Shown here: positions 41,501-50,150 of the stretch, in pieces
Layout: every line of letters begins with the position of its first letter
Numbering within the stretch: the first letter of the stretch is position 1
Source of the DNA: a virus
Strand: one strand, 5' to 3'
DNA: 64,000 bases
Virus record (IMG/VR): IMGVR_UViG_3300008255_000132
Location: 7,990 to 71,989 of that record
The notes under the pieces: model-generated
Told to the model about the DNA's origin: nothing
Seen by the model: the letters and a program-made list of their open reading frames with translations, nothing else
Databases searched by the model: none
Translations under genes and position numbers: made by a program

Positions 41501-44500
41501 CGCTTCAACTTGGTCAACAATTGCCGCCACCTAGGACCCCATTCGTTGAGGAGAAGTTCATTGCCATGCTGATCGGGGCTGGCATCGACCTGAAGCAGAA
41601 GGGCTCCAGGATCGAAGCTAGTCCGATGACGGATGCAGAGGTTCGGTCTATGTCGAATGGCGTGATCGAGAAGCCGATCGCAGTCAAGGCTTCGAACCTG
41701 AAACCAGAGCGTGGTGGCTTATTTGATCCAGGCAAGACAGGGGGGCCGGGCGGTAACTACTGGAACCATATCGAGTTGGCCTCAGCTGTGGTCCATCCTC
41801 TCATGCTCGGTGCGGCAGCCTCTGTCGGGGGCTTCAAGACACGTAAAGAGTTGGATCAGATCATTGCAGGTCTGCTGGCTGTCGATGAGGAGGGTACCGT
41901 TGTATCCGCGGGTACTAAAGGCGCCGTGGCTGGTGGGGCCGGGGTTCAGCGACGCCTTGCGAAGATCGACGTGAAGCGCGAGATTGCCAGCACGGAGGCA
42001 ATCGCTACCGGCGCGAGGGGTGTGAAGCTGGACCAAGCCTATAAGAAGCTGCGTTATCTCCGTGCCTTGGATAAAACTGGCTTAACCCCGGCCGAAGCGT
42101 ACGTGAACAGGGCGATCTCGATCATCCCAGCAAAGTTCCGTCAGATCTCGCCGATGCCTGACGGCAGCCTAAGCGTAGCCGACGCTAATCACGGATACCG
42201 CGAGGTTCTCTTGGTCAACGAGAAGATCAAGCAGCTCCAAGCCCTGGGTGTTGATGAAGCCAATCTTCGGGACCTGAATAAGGCGCTGGCCGAGGCCACC
42301 GCGGGACTAGTCGGTACAGCACCGCCACTAAGCCGAGGTAAGGTGTTCCGCGGATTTGTGAGCCAGATCCATGGACCAAGCCCAAAGTCGGGTTTCGCAC
42401 AGTCGAAGGTCATGCGTAGGAACCAGGACCTGAGCGGCCGATCTACCGTTATCCCAAACCCCAAGCTGGGTATGGATGAAGTCGGGCTGCCAGCGGGCAT
42501 CGCATTCAATGTCTATAAGCCGTTTATTATCAAGCGGCTGGTTGAGGGCGGGCACAGACCCTTGGACGCTCGGTCTATGGTCGAGGATAAACACCCCGCA
42601 GCGCTTCGCGCGCTCCAGGTCGAGATCGAGTCCAGGCCCGTACTGATGAACCGGGCTCCGTCGCTCCACAAGTTCTCGATCCAGGCCCTGAAGCCGCGGA
42701 TCATTGACGGCAAAGCGATCGAGGTAAACCCGCTGATCGTAAGCGGCTATAACATGGACTTCGATGGTGATACTGCGGGTATCCACGTGCCGGTATCGGA
42801 GGAGGCTCGGCGTGAGGCGCTTGAGAAGCTGTTACCTAGCCGTAACCTATTCAGCCCCCGCGCCGAGTTCGTGGTGCATGCTCCGACCAAGGAGACCGTG
42901 TTTGGTCTCTACCTTATGACTATGCCAAAGGGGGTGGCTGAACGGGTGTTCGAGTCGGATCAAGCTCTGATGAAAGCGTATCAGGCTAAGGAGGTCGCGG
43001 TAAACACGGCGGTCAAGGTAGGGGGCTCGATCACGTGCGCTGGACAGGTTGTATTGAACGCAGCGCTGCCGGCCGGTATCCAGGTCGGCCGTATACCCGT
43101 AACAAGCAAGGTATTGGATCGTCTATTACTACGTATAGCCAAGGAGCTGGGCCCGGACCCGGCTGCCCATCTGATCTCCAGCCTTAAGGACCTAGGCAAT
43201 CACTATGTAACTGAAATCGGCTTTTCAGTCAGTCTCAAGGACCTAGAGATCGACACAGTGAAACGTGATGCGATCATTAAGCAGTTGAAGACCAGTGCGG
43301 GCACCAAAGGATTCGACGCCGCGGCGGCCGTGGCGCTAGATGACATCGCGGCGCTACTCGCAGCATCCGAGGATAACCGTTTTGTGGAGGCCGGTATCGT
43401 GTCGGGTGCCTTGGGCTCCAAAGGTATTCACAGAATGTTGGCCAGCACAGTGGCTGTTACCGATCACAAAGGGCGTACTATTCCGATTGCAGTAGAAAAG
43501 TCTTACGCTGAGGGTCACGACTTGGGTACGTACCTTGGGACTACGCCGGGTGCGCGTAAGGGTTTGATTGACAAGGGTCTGAGCGTAGCTGACACTGGCT
43601 ATTTCAGCCGGATGCTGGTTAACACCTCGATTGAGAATCAAGTGTCATCTACGGATTGCGGAACTAAATCGGGCGTCGATCTACCGATAGAGTCACCAGA
43701 GCTTGCGAGCCGTTACGGGGCTGACGGGCCCTACCGTAATGTACTAATTACAGCAGATATCGCACGCCGACTCCGATCGTCAGGTATCCGCACGATCAAG
43801 GTCAGGAGTCCGTTGACGTGCCAAGTCCAGAAAGGTGTGTGTCAATTATGCTTCGGCTTGCTCGAGACCGGTAAGAAGCCTCAGATCGGGTACCACGTTG
43901 GTGCCCTGGCTGGCCAAACCTTAGGTGAGGTTGCTACCCAGCTCACGTTGCGTAGCTTCCACACAGGCGGCGCAGTCGGTGGCCCTAACCTTGGTTTTGA
44001 GCGGATCAGACAAATCATGGAAATGCCGCAGAGCATCAAAGGCAAGGCAGTACTTAGTACGGCCGCCGGGGTCATTACCAGGATCGACAAAGCACCGGTC
44101 GGCGGTAGTTACGTTTACGTCGGGCTGGCCCGTCACTTCGTGCCTCAGGAGTTGGGATTGGTCATGCACGTAGGTGACCGGGTCAAGAGCGGTGACATGC
44201 TGAGCGCTACTGGTGTGATCAAGCCTCAGGAACTACTAGAGACGACTGGGGACGTCCACAAGGTCCGTCAGCACTTGATCAACGAACTGGATTTGAACTA
44301 CAAGGCTGCGGGCAAGGCGGTTAACCGACGTATCTTTGAGACCGTAGTCAAGCCGCTTACAGATCGGGCTACAGTCACTGACGTCGGGGACGGTGAAAGA
44401 TTATTTCCGGTTCATGCCGGTGACGTCTTGAGCACAAATCGGATTGAAGAGTGGAACCGCCGGATCAAGCAGATGAACCTACGCCCGATCTTGTTCGATC

Positions 44501-44700
44501 CTATGATCCTGGGTATCAAGCAGGCTCCGCTACTAAGTGAGGATTTTATCGGTACGCTATCCCATGAGAAGTTAAAGAAGACGCTGTCGGATGCCCCAAG
44601 CTTGGGCAAGTCTACCGACCTTCTGAACGGGCACCCGATGGCCCGACTTGCACTCACCAACCTGCGTTCAATTGACGCAATCAAGCGGCCTCGAGGTTAG
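38575..44700 (+). CDS. rpoBC: DNA-directed RNA polymerase, fused beta::beta' single polypeptide
   Basis: Beta motifs: YIVDGKERQVINQ, HPSHYGLLDPMHTPEG, IPFLPNNDANRVLMG, GYNFEDG, GDKLSSRHGAKG, NPAGVPGRVNTGQ. Beta' motifs: KPERGGLF, DLSGRSTV, NRAPSLH, catalytic YNMDFDGD, bridge helix GARKGLID, RSPLTC..VCQLCFG, trigger loop GEVATQLTLRSFHTGG. Confidence 0.97.
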   Translation: MLENKHFKQFTDTLKRSEAIVARMFPIQGPTKSLEVKNLRWTNVGPDVLFDIDRQKKAKLKEQSLSAVLVGDVTLRELGASNKVLDTALKYPILSIPHLTMNAGYIVDGKERQVINQFRLRPGVYTRFTGDDNVEAFLNTTAVGTYKVVLDRATGILRMRVGSTARTPLYSVLIAVGMRDDEIKALLGSELFAENKRAANPAKDIPSLLKRMRPYLVQPSELGEKATLVRQYLESKPLDPAVNKVTLGKELDKIDRRALEETTRKIIKLSHGEIEPDDTESLAFKYILSIEDFVPERLEKAVDGMKYKILGDLRRRNEIRLILPPNRLSSPVDAFFTGSEFTRYSDQHNPIDMAAVASLTTSLGDGGISSTYAVTDEIRTIHPSHYGLLDPMHTPEGDKVGVSGHLTIGALKRNRTLYLPVYNAKTGQRVEMSVQDLDQATVAFPDQYDNLPDAPKASVGAAPHTTKPLVKVRSKNVLMEVKPAAVDYVFVSSDAFFSSTTAAIPFLPNNDANRVLMGDKHVEQSVNLMNPDAPLVQHRIRGKGYEELFGERLIPRALDPATGKPIGGEVVEVTNNSITIKPDGGGRSRVKIPLHDHYPLNSRTFLHDTAIVKKGDRVEPGQALASNNFTKGGQLAIGANLRVAYTAYKGYNFEDGVVISEGAAKKLTSIHKYEARVEKESKVVIGADTYIAAYPSELGHVRDRAKRYDAAGIIRKGQVLVPGDVIIPAIREVDIHPEYDYKKLHRSAGLRFMDISETWDHDFDGLVIDVVTTRTFVKVITKSQEPMQIGDKLSSRHGAKGIVVKIIPDSEMYRDESGAVIDILLNPAGVPGRVNTGQMLEAAAGKLARITGKTYYTDNFNAKGSAVARVRKDLADAGLSDEEVITDPKTGHQLGRVLVGDTHIYKLTHQVAGKMKSRAAVGEAYSTDEQPTKGSGSGSQRIGILDTFSLLSGDATAFLNDAFGLKSQKNDEYWRALQLGQQLPPPRTPFVEEKFIAMLIGAGIDLKQKGSRIEASPMTDAEVRSMSNGVIEKPIAVKASNLKPERGGLFDPGKTGGPGGNYWNHIELASAVVHPLMLGAAASVGGFKTRKELDQIIAGLLAVDEEGTVVSAGTKGAVAGGAGVQRRLAKIDVKREIASTEAIATGARGVKLDQAYKKLRYLRALDKTGLTPAEAYVNRAISIIPAKFRQISPMPDGSLSVADANHGYREVLLVNEKIKQLQALGVDEANLRDLNKALAEATAGLVGTAPPLSRGKVFRGFVSQIHGPSPKSGFAQSKVMRRNQDLSGRSTVIPNPKLGMDEVGLPAGIAFNVYKPFIIKRLVEGGHRPLDARSMVEDKHPAALRALQVEIESRPVLMNRAPSLHKFSIQALKPRIIDGKAIEVNPLIVSGYNMDFDGDTAGIHVPVSEEARREALEKLLPSRNLFSPRAEFVVHAPTKETVFGLYLMTMPKGVAERVFESDQALMKAYQAKEVAVNTAVKVGGSITCAGQVVLNAALPAGIQVGRIPVTSKVLDRLLLRIAKELGPDPAAHLISSLKDLGNHYVTEIGFSVSLKDLEIDTVKRDAIIKQLKTSAGTKGFDAAAAVALDDIAALLAASEDNRFVEAGIVSGALGSKGIHRMLASTVAVTDHKGRTIPIAVEKSYAEGHDLGTYLGTTPGARKGLIDKGLSVADTGYFSRMLVNTSIENQVSSTDCGTKSGVDLPIESPELASRYGADGPYRNVLITADIARRLRSSGIRTIKVRSPLTCQVQKGVCQLCFGLLETGKKPQIGYHVGALAGQTLGEVATQLTLRSFHTGGAVGGPNLGFERIRQIMEMPQSIKGKAVLSTAAGVITRIDKAPVGGSYVYVGLARHFVPQELGLVMHVGDRVKSGDMLSATGVIKPQELLETTGDVHKVRQHLINELDLNYKAAGKAVNRRIFETVVKPLTDRATVTDVGDGERLFPVHAGDVLSTNRIEEWNRRIKQMNLRPILFDPMILGIKQAPLLSEDFIGTLSHEKLKKTLSDAPSLGKSTDLLNGHPMARLALTNLRSIDAIKRPRG

Positions 44701-44704
44701 ACAC

Positions 44705-45064
44705 ATGAAGAAGCAAGCATCATACGGCGCCGCCTATATCAGTCGGCTGTACAAGACTGGGGCTGACATCAAGGAGAAGCCCAAGACCAAACCACTAGAC
44801 CGGGTCGCGATTGACAAGGCTCGGCTAAATCCAGATCTGATGCGGATCATGCGGATGCGCTCAAGCGTGGCCGTCCCGCTCCAGGGCGGGGAGAAGCTAG
44901 CCGTTCGGCGCCTAGCCAGAAGGAGCCTCCCATTGATGCGGCAACACAACTCAAACCTAACCGAGGACGCGTTGTACACAAGGCTGGTGAACCTGGTCGA
45001 AAGCCGGCGGCCTGAGATGCGAAAACGCTTGATTGCGGAGATCTCAGCACAGTACGGGTCCTGA
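44705..45064 (+). CDS. Small basic hypothetical protein with KxA motifs
   Basis: ATG 4 nt after the RNAP stop; MKKQAS, LYKTGA, GEKLAV. Confidence 0.6.
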   Translation: MKKQASYGAAYISRLYKTGADIKEKPKTKPLDRVAIDKARLNPDLMRIMRMRSSVAVPLQGGEKLAVRRLARRSLPLMRQHNSNLTEDALYTRLVNLVESRRPEMRKRLIAEISAQYGS

Positions 45065-45067
45065 ACG

Positions 45068-46342
45068 TTGCAGCCTCAATACGAAGTCGATAGTTGGTCC
45101 GGATTGACCGAGCTGGCCCAAGGCCCTCGAGACATGAGGGGGCTACGTGTCGGGGCGGTCCGGACCTATGACCCAGATCGGAAGTTGTACTGGATTTCGG
45201 TGGAGGGTATAGGTGACCGCCAGTGTAGGCGTATGCTGACTGGTCTTGACAAGCCGCTGCCACCCGGAGCTGCGTGTCTAGTTGTGCCTGTCGTAGCGCA
45301 CCACTGGGTAGTCATAGGTGAGCTAGATCGCCCAACCCGCCAGCCCGATCGTGCGCTACCGGGTTCCAACGATCAGGAAGCCGCGATCGAAGGTCGATTA
45401 GCCGCAGCCCTGGGGCAGCGGGACTCAGCGCTGGCGCCGCTCTACCGTCCTCTGGATCTTCAAGGGATGGCCGAGGAGCCGCAGTTTGTCGGCGATGCTA
45501 GCCTTGAGAACCGCACCAAGGACCACATCCGGCGATCCCGCATCAAGGTCTACAGCTTCGGAGACATCATGCTTTGGGCGTCAGCTCTGTGCTACAGCAT
45601 CTACCACAGAGCTACTAATACGGTATACCGCCGGTGCCGAAACGAGGTTTTCGAGGCCTTCGGTGTCGTATTACAAGTTATCACTCCGACTGAGGGGGAC
45701 AACGCGGGCCGAACCACGCGGCGACTCGTGGTGCGGCATAATGCCGAGGCCAAAACAACGATCGATAAGGTCCGATCTGAGGGGCAAATGCTAGCCGCTG
45801 ATGCCGTAGATGGTGAAGGGCTCCTAGTAGGGCCTATAGCCGCCCGAGGGGAGCGCGCTATCTGGGGCACGCACCGGGTAGAGGAGGTTGATAACGATAC
45901 GGGTACATACCGGACCCAGCAGGAGCTGGGGGACGGGACCAGAATCACAACGCAAGTAGGCGCCTTAGTCGCGGAGAACTCAAACCATCCGGTATCGGGG
46001 ATCCAGAACCCCTCAACGCCCAGCGGCGTTATTCGTTCCGATGGTGATGGGGTGGTAGAGCGCGGTGCGCACTATCGGTTCGCGAATGGGTTAGAGGTTA
46101 CGGTGGACGCAGCCCGCGGTGAGCTTGAAGTCCTGAATCTGGCTACAGACGAGGTGCATAGGGTCGTCATGGCTCCAGATCGTCTAGTAATAGAGCGCGG
46201 CTCTCAATCATTCCGACTCGACGCGTCCGGGCTTACGATCAAAGCTAAGGCCTACACCCTCGATATTGACGGGGCTGTACAAACCACGGCTGGCGGTAAC
46301 GTTACGATCAATGCCGCTGACATGGACGTTAATCTTGGCTGA
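45068..46342 (+). CDS. Baseplate central spike protein (gp5/gpV/VgrG-like)
   Basis: N-terminal OB-fold-like pattern (GAVRTYD..LPPGAACLV..WVVIGEL); C-terminal beta-strand repeats (FRLDASGLTIKA..GNVTINA); directly followed by PAAR. TTG start. Confidence 0.7.
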   Translation: MQPQYEVDSWSGLTELAQGPRDMRGLRVGAVRTYDPDRKLYWISVEGIGDRQCRRMLTGLDKPLPPGAACLVVPVVAHHWVVIGELDRPTRQPDRALPGSNDQEAAIEGRLAAALGQRDSALAPLYRPLDLQGMAEEPQFVGDASLENRTKDHIRRSRIKVYSFGDIMLWASALCYSIYHRATNTVYRRCRNEVFEAFGVVLQVITPTEGDNAGRTTRRLVVRHNAEAKTTIDKVRSEGQMLAADAVDGEGLLVGPIAARGERAIWGTHRVEEVDNDTGTYRTQQELGDGTRITTQVGALVAENSNHPVSGIQNPSTPSGVIRSDGDGVVERGAHYRFANGLEVTVDAARGELEVLNLATDEVHRVVMAPDRLVIERGSQSFRLDASGLTIKAKAYTLDIDGAVQTTAGGNVTINAADMDVNLG

Positions 46343-46619
46343 GCTACAACGAGAGGGGGACCCTATCAGCTGCGGTGATCGCCACGGCACGGCCGGTGGC
46401 TTCCTACTCAATGGGAAACGGGTCGCGCTGCTTGGTGAGCTATCGGAGGGGCACGCTGGGTTTGCGCCGACACCGGTTCTTGATGGTCTCGCACTGTTCA
46501 GGGTCAATGGGGTCCCGGTAGTGCTAGTCGGAGCCGCCTACGTACCGCACGCCCTGGGGCAAACGGTCCACGCGGTACGGTTGGCTCAGGGTGGTGGCGT
46601 GAGCCTGAATGTAGGCTAG
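46335..46619 (+). CDS. PAAR-like spike tip protein (T4 gp5.4-like)
   Basis: TTG start at 46335 gives MAELQREGDPISCGD..NGKRVALLG..GH..FAPT..VNGVPVVLVG..H..H, about 94 aa with potential metal-binding Cys/His. Confidence 0.8.
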   Translation: MAELQREGDPISCGDRHGTAGGFLLNGKRVALLGELSEGHAGFAPTPVLDGLALFRVNGVPVVLVGAAYVPHALGQTVHAVRLAQGGGVSLNVG

Positions 46620-46639
46620 ACTGAATTATATAAAAAGCC

Positions 46640-46984
46640 ATGCCGAATTACGAAACAGACCCGATCCTGGCCAGTCGAGCCGAGAATAACACAGAATCAG
46701 CCCGCATTATACCGATTCAGGCCCCGCCTAGTTGGTTGTCCGAGATTGGTGATTTTGGCTTGGCCAGAGTCTGGCCCCGGCTTCGATCGTTCCTAGCCGC
46801 TATTTTCCACGTATTTACACCGTCGTACTGTTTCATACACTTATCTGTGAATGGTGCTGTAAATCGGGATATCGAGATTGACCTGTACGCGCCGCAACAA
46901 GCGCGGTATAGGCCGCAGCCCGCTCTAACCGCACCGGTCCAGCGCCTGCCGGGTCGTGTCACCACTAACCGCAACGATTCTTGA
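46640..46984 (+). CDS. Hypothetical protein
   Basis: 114 aa after a short AT-rich gap; overlaps the next ORF. Confidence 0.5.
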   Translation: MPNYETDPILASRAENNTESARIIPIQAPPSWLSEIGDFGLARVWPRLRSFLAAIFHVFTPSYCFIHLSVNGAVNRDIEIDLYAPQQARYRPQPALTAPVQRLPGRVTTNRNDS

Positions 46985-46986
46985 TC

Positions 46987-47340
46987 ATGAGCGCCATCGG
47001 AGTTACCCAAATCCAATCGAGTTATACAGCCGCTTCACCGCTTGTGGTGCCTGCCGGTAATCTGTCTGCATCTGGCGCATCATCCTACGTGGTGCAGAAC
47101 ATTGGCCAGGATGTGGTCTGGTGTCGTCTGACCAATGTAACAGCAGCAACCACCACTAACTGGGCCCGATCCGTGCCGGGTCAGCGTCTGGTGGTCGCTA
47201 TTGCCGGGACCGGGGGCCAGGTCCTTACCCTTGATATGTATCTGGCACCGCAGAGCTATAGGTTCATTCCTATGAACGATTTCACCTACGCACCCGTGAG
47301 CAGCATCGGCCGTGTGGAGATCATTGATCATGAAAACTAA
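46987..47340 (+). CDS. Small beta-rich putative structural protein
   Basis: About 117 aa; start is ATG 46987 or TTG 46981; YVVQNIGQDVVW beta-sandwich-like motif. Confidence 0.5.
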   Translation: MSAIGVTQIQSSYTAASPLVVPAGNLSASGASSYVVQNIGQDVVWCRLTNVTAATTTNWARSVPGQRLVVAIAGTGGQVLTLDMYLAPQSYRFIPMNDFTYAPVSSIGRVEIIDHEN

Positions 47341-49063
47341 TCCGACACTGAACGGTGCGGCTCTGTTCTTCACCCCGGCGCCCAGCCTCGCTAAGTTCGC
47401 CAACTCGAAGCTATCCAAGGACCCTGGTGATTGGGAGCAGGAGATCATAGATTATCTTCATGAGCAGCACCCGTACATCGCTGAGCACAAGATCGTGGTC
47501 TCGATGTACAAGACTGACTCCGACGAGGGCCACGGGGTCGGCAACATCAAGATCGGGGATAAGGTAGTGCTACCCATCGTGATCGAGTCTAATCGGCTCC
47601 AGCCGCTGGATCTGTTCGTGGCATCGGATCGGATCCAACCGCTGACTAAGGCAGCGTTCGACGCCGCTGTACAGAGCCAATCGTTCGGCAAGGCTGTCAA
47701 GCCAGGTCAAGGCGAAGCGGCCGACAGTTCAATCACCTATGCCACACTGCCGCCGTTCGACGGGAAATACGCCTACGGCTCATCGCTTACATACACCAAA
47801 GACGATCTGGCGAGGGTTCTGAGTCGTGTCGGCGATGGTGGGCAGCTAGATGCCTGCTTAGCCAATGCGTGGTTCACAGATGTAGCGGGTCAGTTCGCGA
47901 AGCATGCCAGCCCTGTAGCTAATCTTGAGAATCAGGCTAATGTGCCGGCGACGTTCGCGGCTAATTTTGTTCAAATCCGCCCGTTCGTGAAAGCGGCTGA
48001 GGCCGGTCTCTATGAAGTTATGACGCCGGGTGGGGTCGCGACTGGGGTCGTATTCGACACATACCTGACATTCGGCTCCCACGGCCTTGTGGACCAAGGC
48101 CGGGTCACGTTCATTGGGCTGGACAAGACAGCCCACGCATATGTTGGCCGCGGCAATATTGGAGTCCGAGCTGTTGCTGATTTGGTGAGCAAGGGCGCTG
48201 TAACTCTGTTGAGCGACAGCCTGGATAAGCGTGCGGCCTTGGCCACGGTTATCGACAACCACGGGGTAGTGTCGGAGCCTTTTACTGTGCTAAGCTCCGA
48301 CAATGGTCGTACACGCATCGAAACCGACGACGGGCGCCGTTTTGTGCTACGAACCGAAGCCGACGCATTCTACAAGGAGGCTGGTGACCACGTCTTTGTA
48401 AACGATTGCTGGAGTATTATCCCAATTGGCGATGTTGTTGAGGTATTCGATGATACGATCGCTAACCAGCGCCAGATCCCGTTGGGGACCGCCTCATTGG
48501 ATAAGGTCGGGTCGCGGATCCGGGTACTGAACCCTGGTAATGTAGCTTGTTTGCGTGACGCACCCGGCGAGGGTGTGCCGTTGAACAAGCTGGGCGAGCT
48601 ACTTCGCGATCTAGATGAAAATAGTTGTCGCGCTGTTAGTGATCGACTGATGACGTACGGCCACGCCTTTATCCAGGTCGACCAGCCGCTGACCAAGGTC
48701 TCGGGCAGGTCCTATGAGTTCAACGGTCTAACCACAGAGGCTCTAGCCAACCTGACCTATGCTGTCGGCTTGTTCGTTACTCCTGAGTTGTGCAAGTTTG
48801 CCAAGGTCCAGGAGGAGACGGCTAAGCGTACAATTGATACGGTCCTAGGCTTGAACTTCCTAGGCGAGGAGAACATGCACAAGTTCGTCGACAAGGTCGA
48901 TACACTAGATGACGCTAAGGATTGCATCGCAGAATTGCTTCTGGCTAGCCGTATCGGGCTTACTATCGACTCCCAGCCACTGCGCACGGCCTTGTTCTCC
49001 ATCGACGCCGTAATCCGAGACCTACGCGAGCTCCGTAACGCCGTCAATATTAAGCAGGTCTGA
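47330..49063 (+). CDS. Head-module protein with about 10 KxA-type sites (putative core/scaffold)
   Basis: ATG 47330. LAKFAN, FAKHAS, FVKAAE, LDKTAH, LDKRAA, FYKEAG, LDKVGS, LNKLGE, LTKVSG, LCKFAK; helical C-terminus TIDTVLGLNFL..LLLASRIG. Confidence 0.65.
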   Translation: MKTNPTLNGAALFFTPAPSLAKFANSKLSKDPGDWEQEIIDYLHEQHPYIAEHKIVVSMYKTDSDEGHGVGNIKIGDKVVLPIVIESNRLQPLDLFVASDRIQPLTKAAFDAAVQSQSFGKAVKPGQGEAADSSITYATLPPFDGKYAYGSSLTYTKDDLARVLSRVGDGGQLDACLANAWFTDVAGQFAKHASPVANLENQANVPATFAANFVQIRPFVKAAEAGLYEVMTPGGVATGVVFDTYLTFGSHGLVDQGRVTFIGLDKTAHAYVGRGNIGVRAVADLVSKGAVTLLSDSLDKRAALATVIDNHGVVSEPFTVLSSDNGRTRIETDDGRRFVLRTEADAFYKEAGDHVFVNDCWSIIPIGDVVEVFDDTIANQRQIPLGTASLDKVGSRIRVLNPGNVACLRDAPGEGVPLNKLGELLRDLDENSCRAVSDRLMTYGHAFIQVDQPLTKVSGRSYEFNGLTTEALANLTYAVGLFVTPELCKFAKVQEETAKRTIDTVLGLNFLGEENMHKFVDKVDTLDDAKDCIAELLLASRIGLTIDSQPLRTALFSIDAVIRDLRELRNAVNIKQV

Positions 49064-49064
49064 T

Positions 49065-50150
49065 ATGGCCGCTGACACGGGTCCATACTCACGGGCGCAG
49101 TTCTGCCGTAAGTACGGGATCACGGATAAGACATTCCGAGACTTAGAGCGTGCAGGCGATTTGCAGCTCGAGTGGGAGTCTCGTAATGGGCTGTTAGTGG
49201 CCTCGGTAGCCGATATCGAGCAGCGTCGCATCTTGACGGCGGCTCGTAACCATATCGCCACCTACGGACGCGGTAAGAGCTTTGCTCGGGTGCCATTCCA
49301 GCGTTTCTTGTTCCTGCGTTTTTTACAGGTGCCGGTAGAGGATCTGTATTGCGAGTTGGTCGAGCGCCACCTGATCCACGCCAGAGGATTCCCGATCACG
49401 CGGCTCAAGGCTATGCGTAAAGCCTTCATAACAGAGGTGCCCAGGCCCCTGCGCAAACGGGTCGAGGCCTATGAGGCCCCGAGTACGGCCGTAGAACAGG
49501 CTCAGCTCGACATTCTGCTGCGTGTTTGCGGCATTGAGCTAGCCTACAATAACCCAGTACTGGAGCAGAGCTTCAGCTGCATGTCGGACCCTGATGTCAA
49601 GCTCGGGTTTGATATTGGACTGAGTACACAGGCTGTCCTACCAGAGGTACAGGCTTTCCTAGAAGATGTGGCCTCGATAACGATCAGTCAAGAGGGGCTT
49701 CTCTTTTACCAGCTACTGTTCCACGACATCCCGGTGCTGGACAGTGAAGAGGTCCAGGACTACCTTAAGACCCAGAAACCGTCGCACCGTGGTTTGTTAC
49801 AGCAGGCAATCGGCCAGCCGATCAGTAGTCTGCGCACGATCATCGGGCTTCAGGACAATACCAACGAATTTGAACTACTGCTTGAGCTGAAGAGCCGAGC
49901 CATGACGGACGTGCTAGCGGCTATGCTTCAGCCCAAGACCGCAGAATCTCGCCGAGATTTCAATACACAACTCAAGAACCTGCTCATGCTGATCGACCGG
50001 ACAGCGATGAGCACAGGCCCAGGCGGACCAGGCGCACCCGGTTCGCTGCCATCTGTATTTGATCGCTTTGAGCTCAAGACATCCACTATGAGCAGCAACC
50101 TATTCCAGATCCCGTCGACAGAACCGGCGGATAAGGCTAATCATGGGTGA
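49065..50150 (+). CDS. HTH-containing protein, candidate terminase small subunit
   Basis: N-terminal excisionase/MerR-like HTH (YSRAQFCRKYGITDKTFRDLERAG); overlaps the TerL start. Confidence 0.5.
   Translation: MAADTGPYSRAQFCRKYGITDKTFRDLERAGDLQLEWESRNGLLVASVADIEQRRILTAARNHIATYGRGKSFARVPFQRFLFLRFLQVPVEDLYCELVERHLIHARGFPITRLKAMRKAFITEVPRPLRKRVEAYEAPSTAVEQAQLDILLRVCGIELAYNNPVLEQSFSCMSDPDVKLGFDIGLSTQAVLPEVQAFLEDVASITISQEGLLFYQLLFHDIPVLDSEEVQDYLKTQKPSHRGLLQQAIGQPISSLRTIIGLQDNTNEFELLLELKSRAMTDVLAAMLQPKTAESRRDFNTQLKNLLMLIDRTAMSTGPGGPGAPGSLPSVFDRFELKTSTMSSNLFQIPSTEPADKANHG

Noticed and set aside
38575-44700. Cellular rpoBC locus or contamination
   Set aside because: No ribosomal-protein neighbours; the gene is reduced, divergent and coupled to phage portal-block genes.
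45068-46619. T6SS or extracellular contractile injection system
   Set aside because: Portal, terminase, protease and capsid genes indicate a complete tailed phage.
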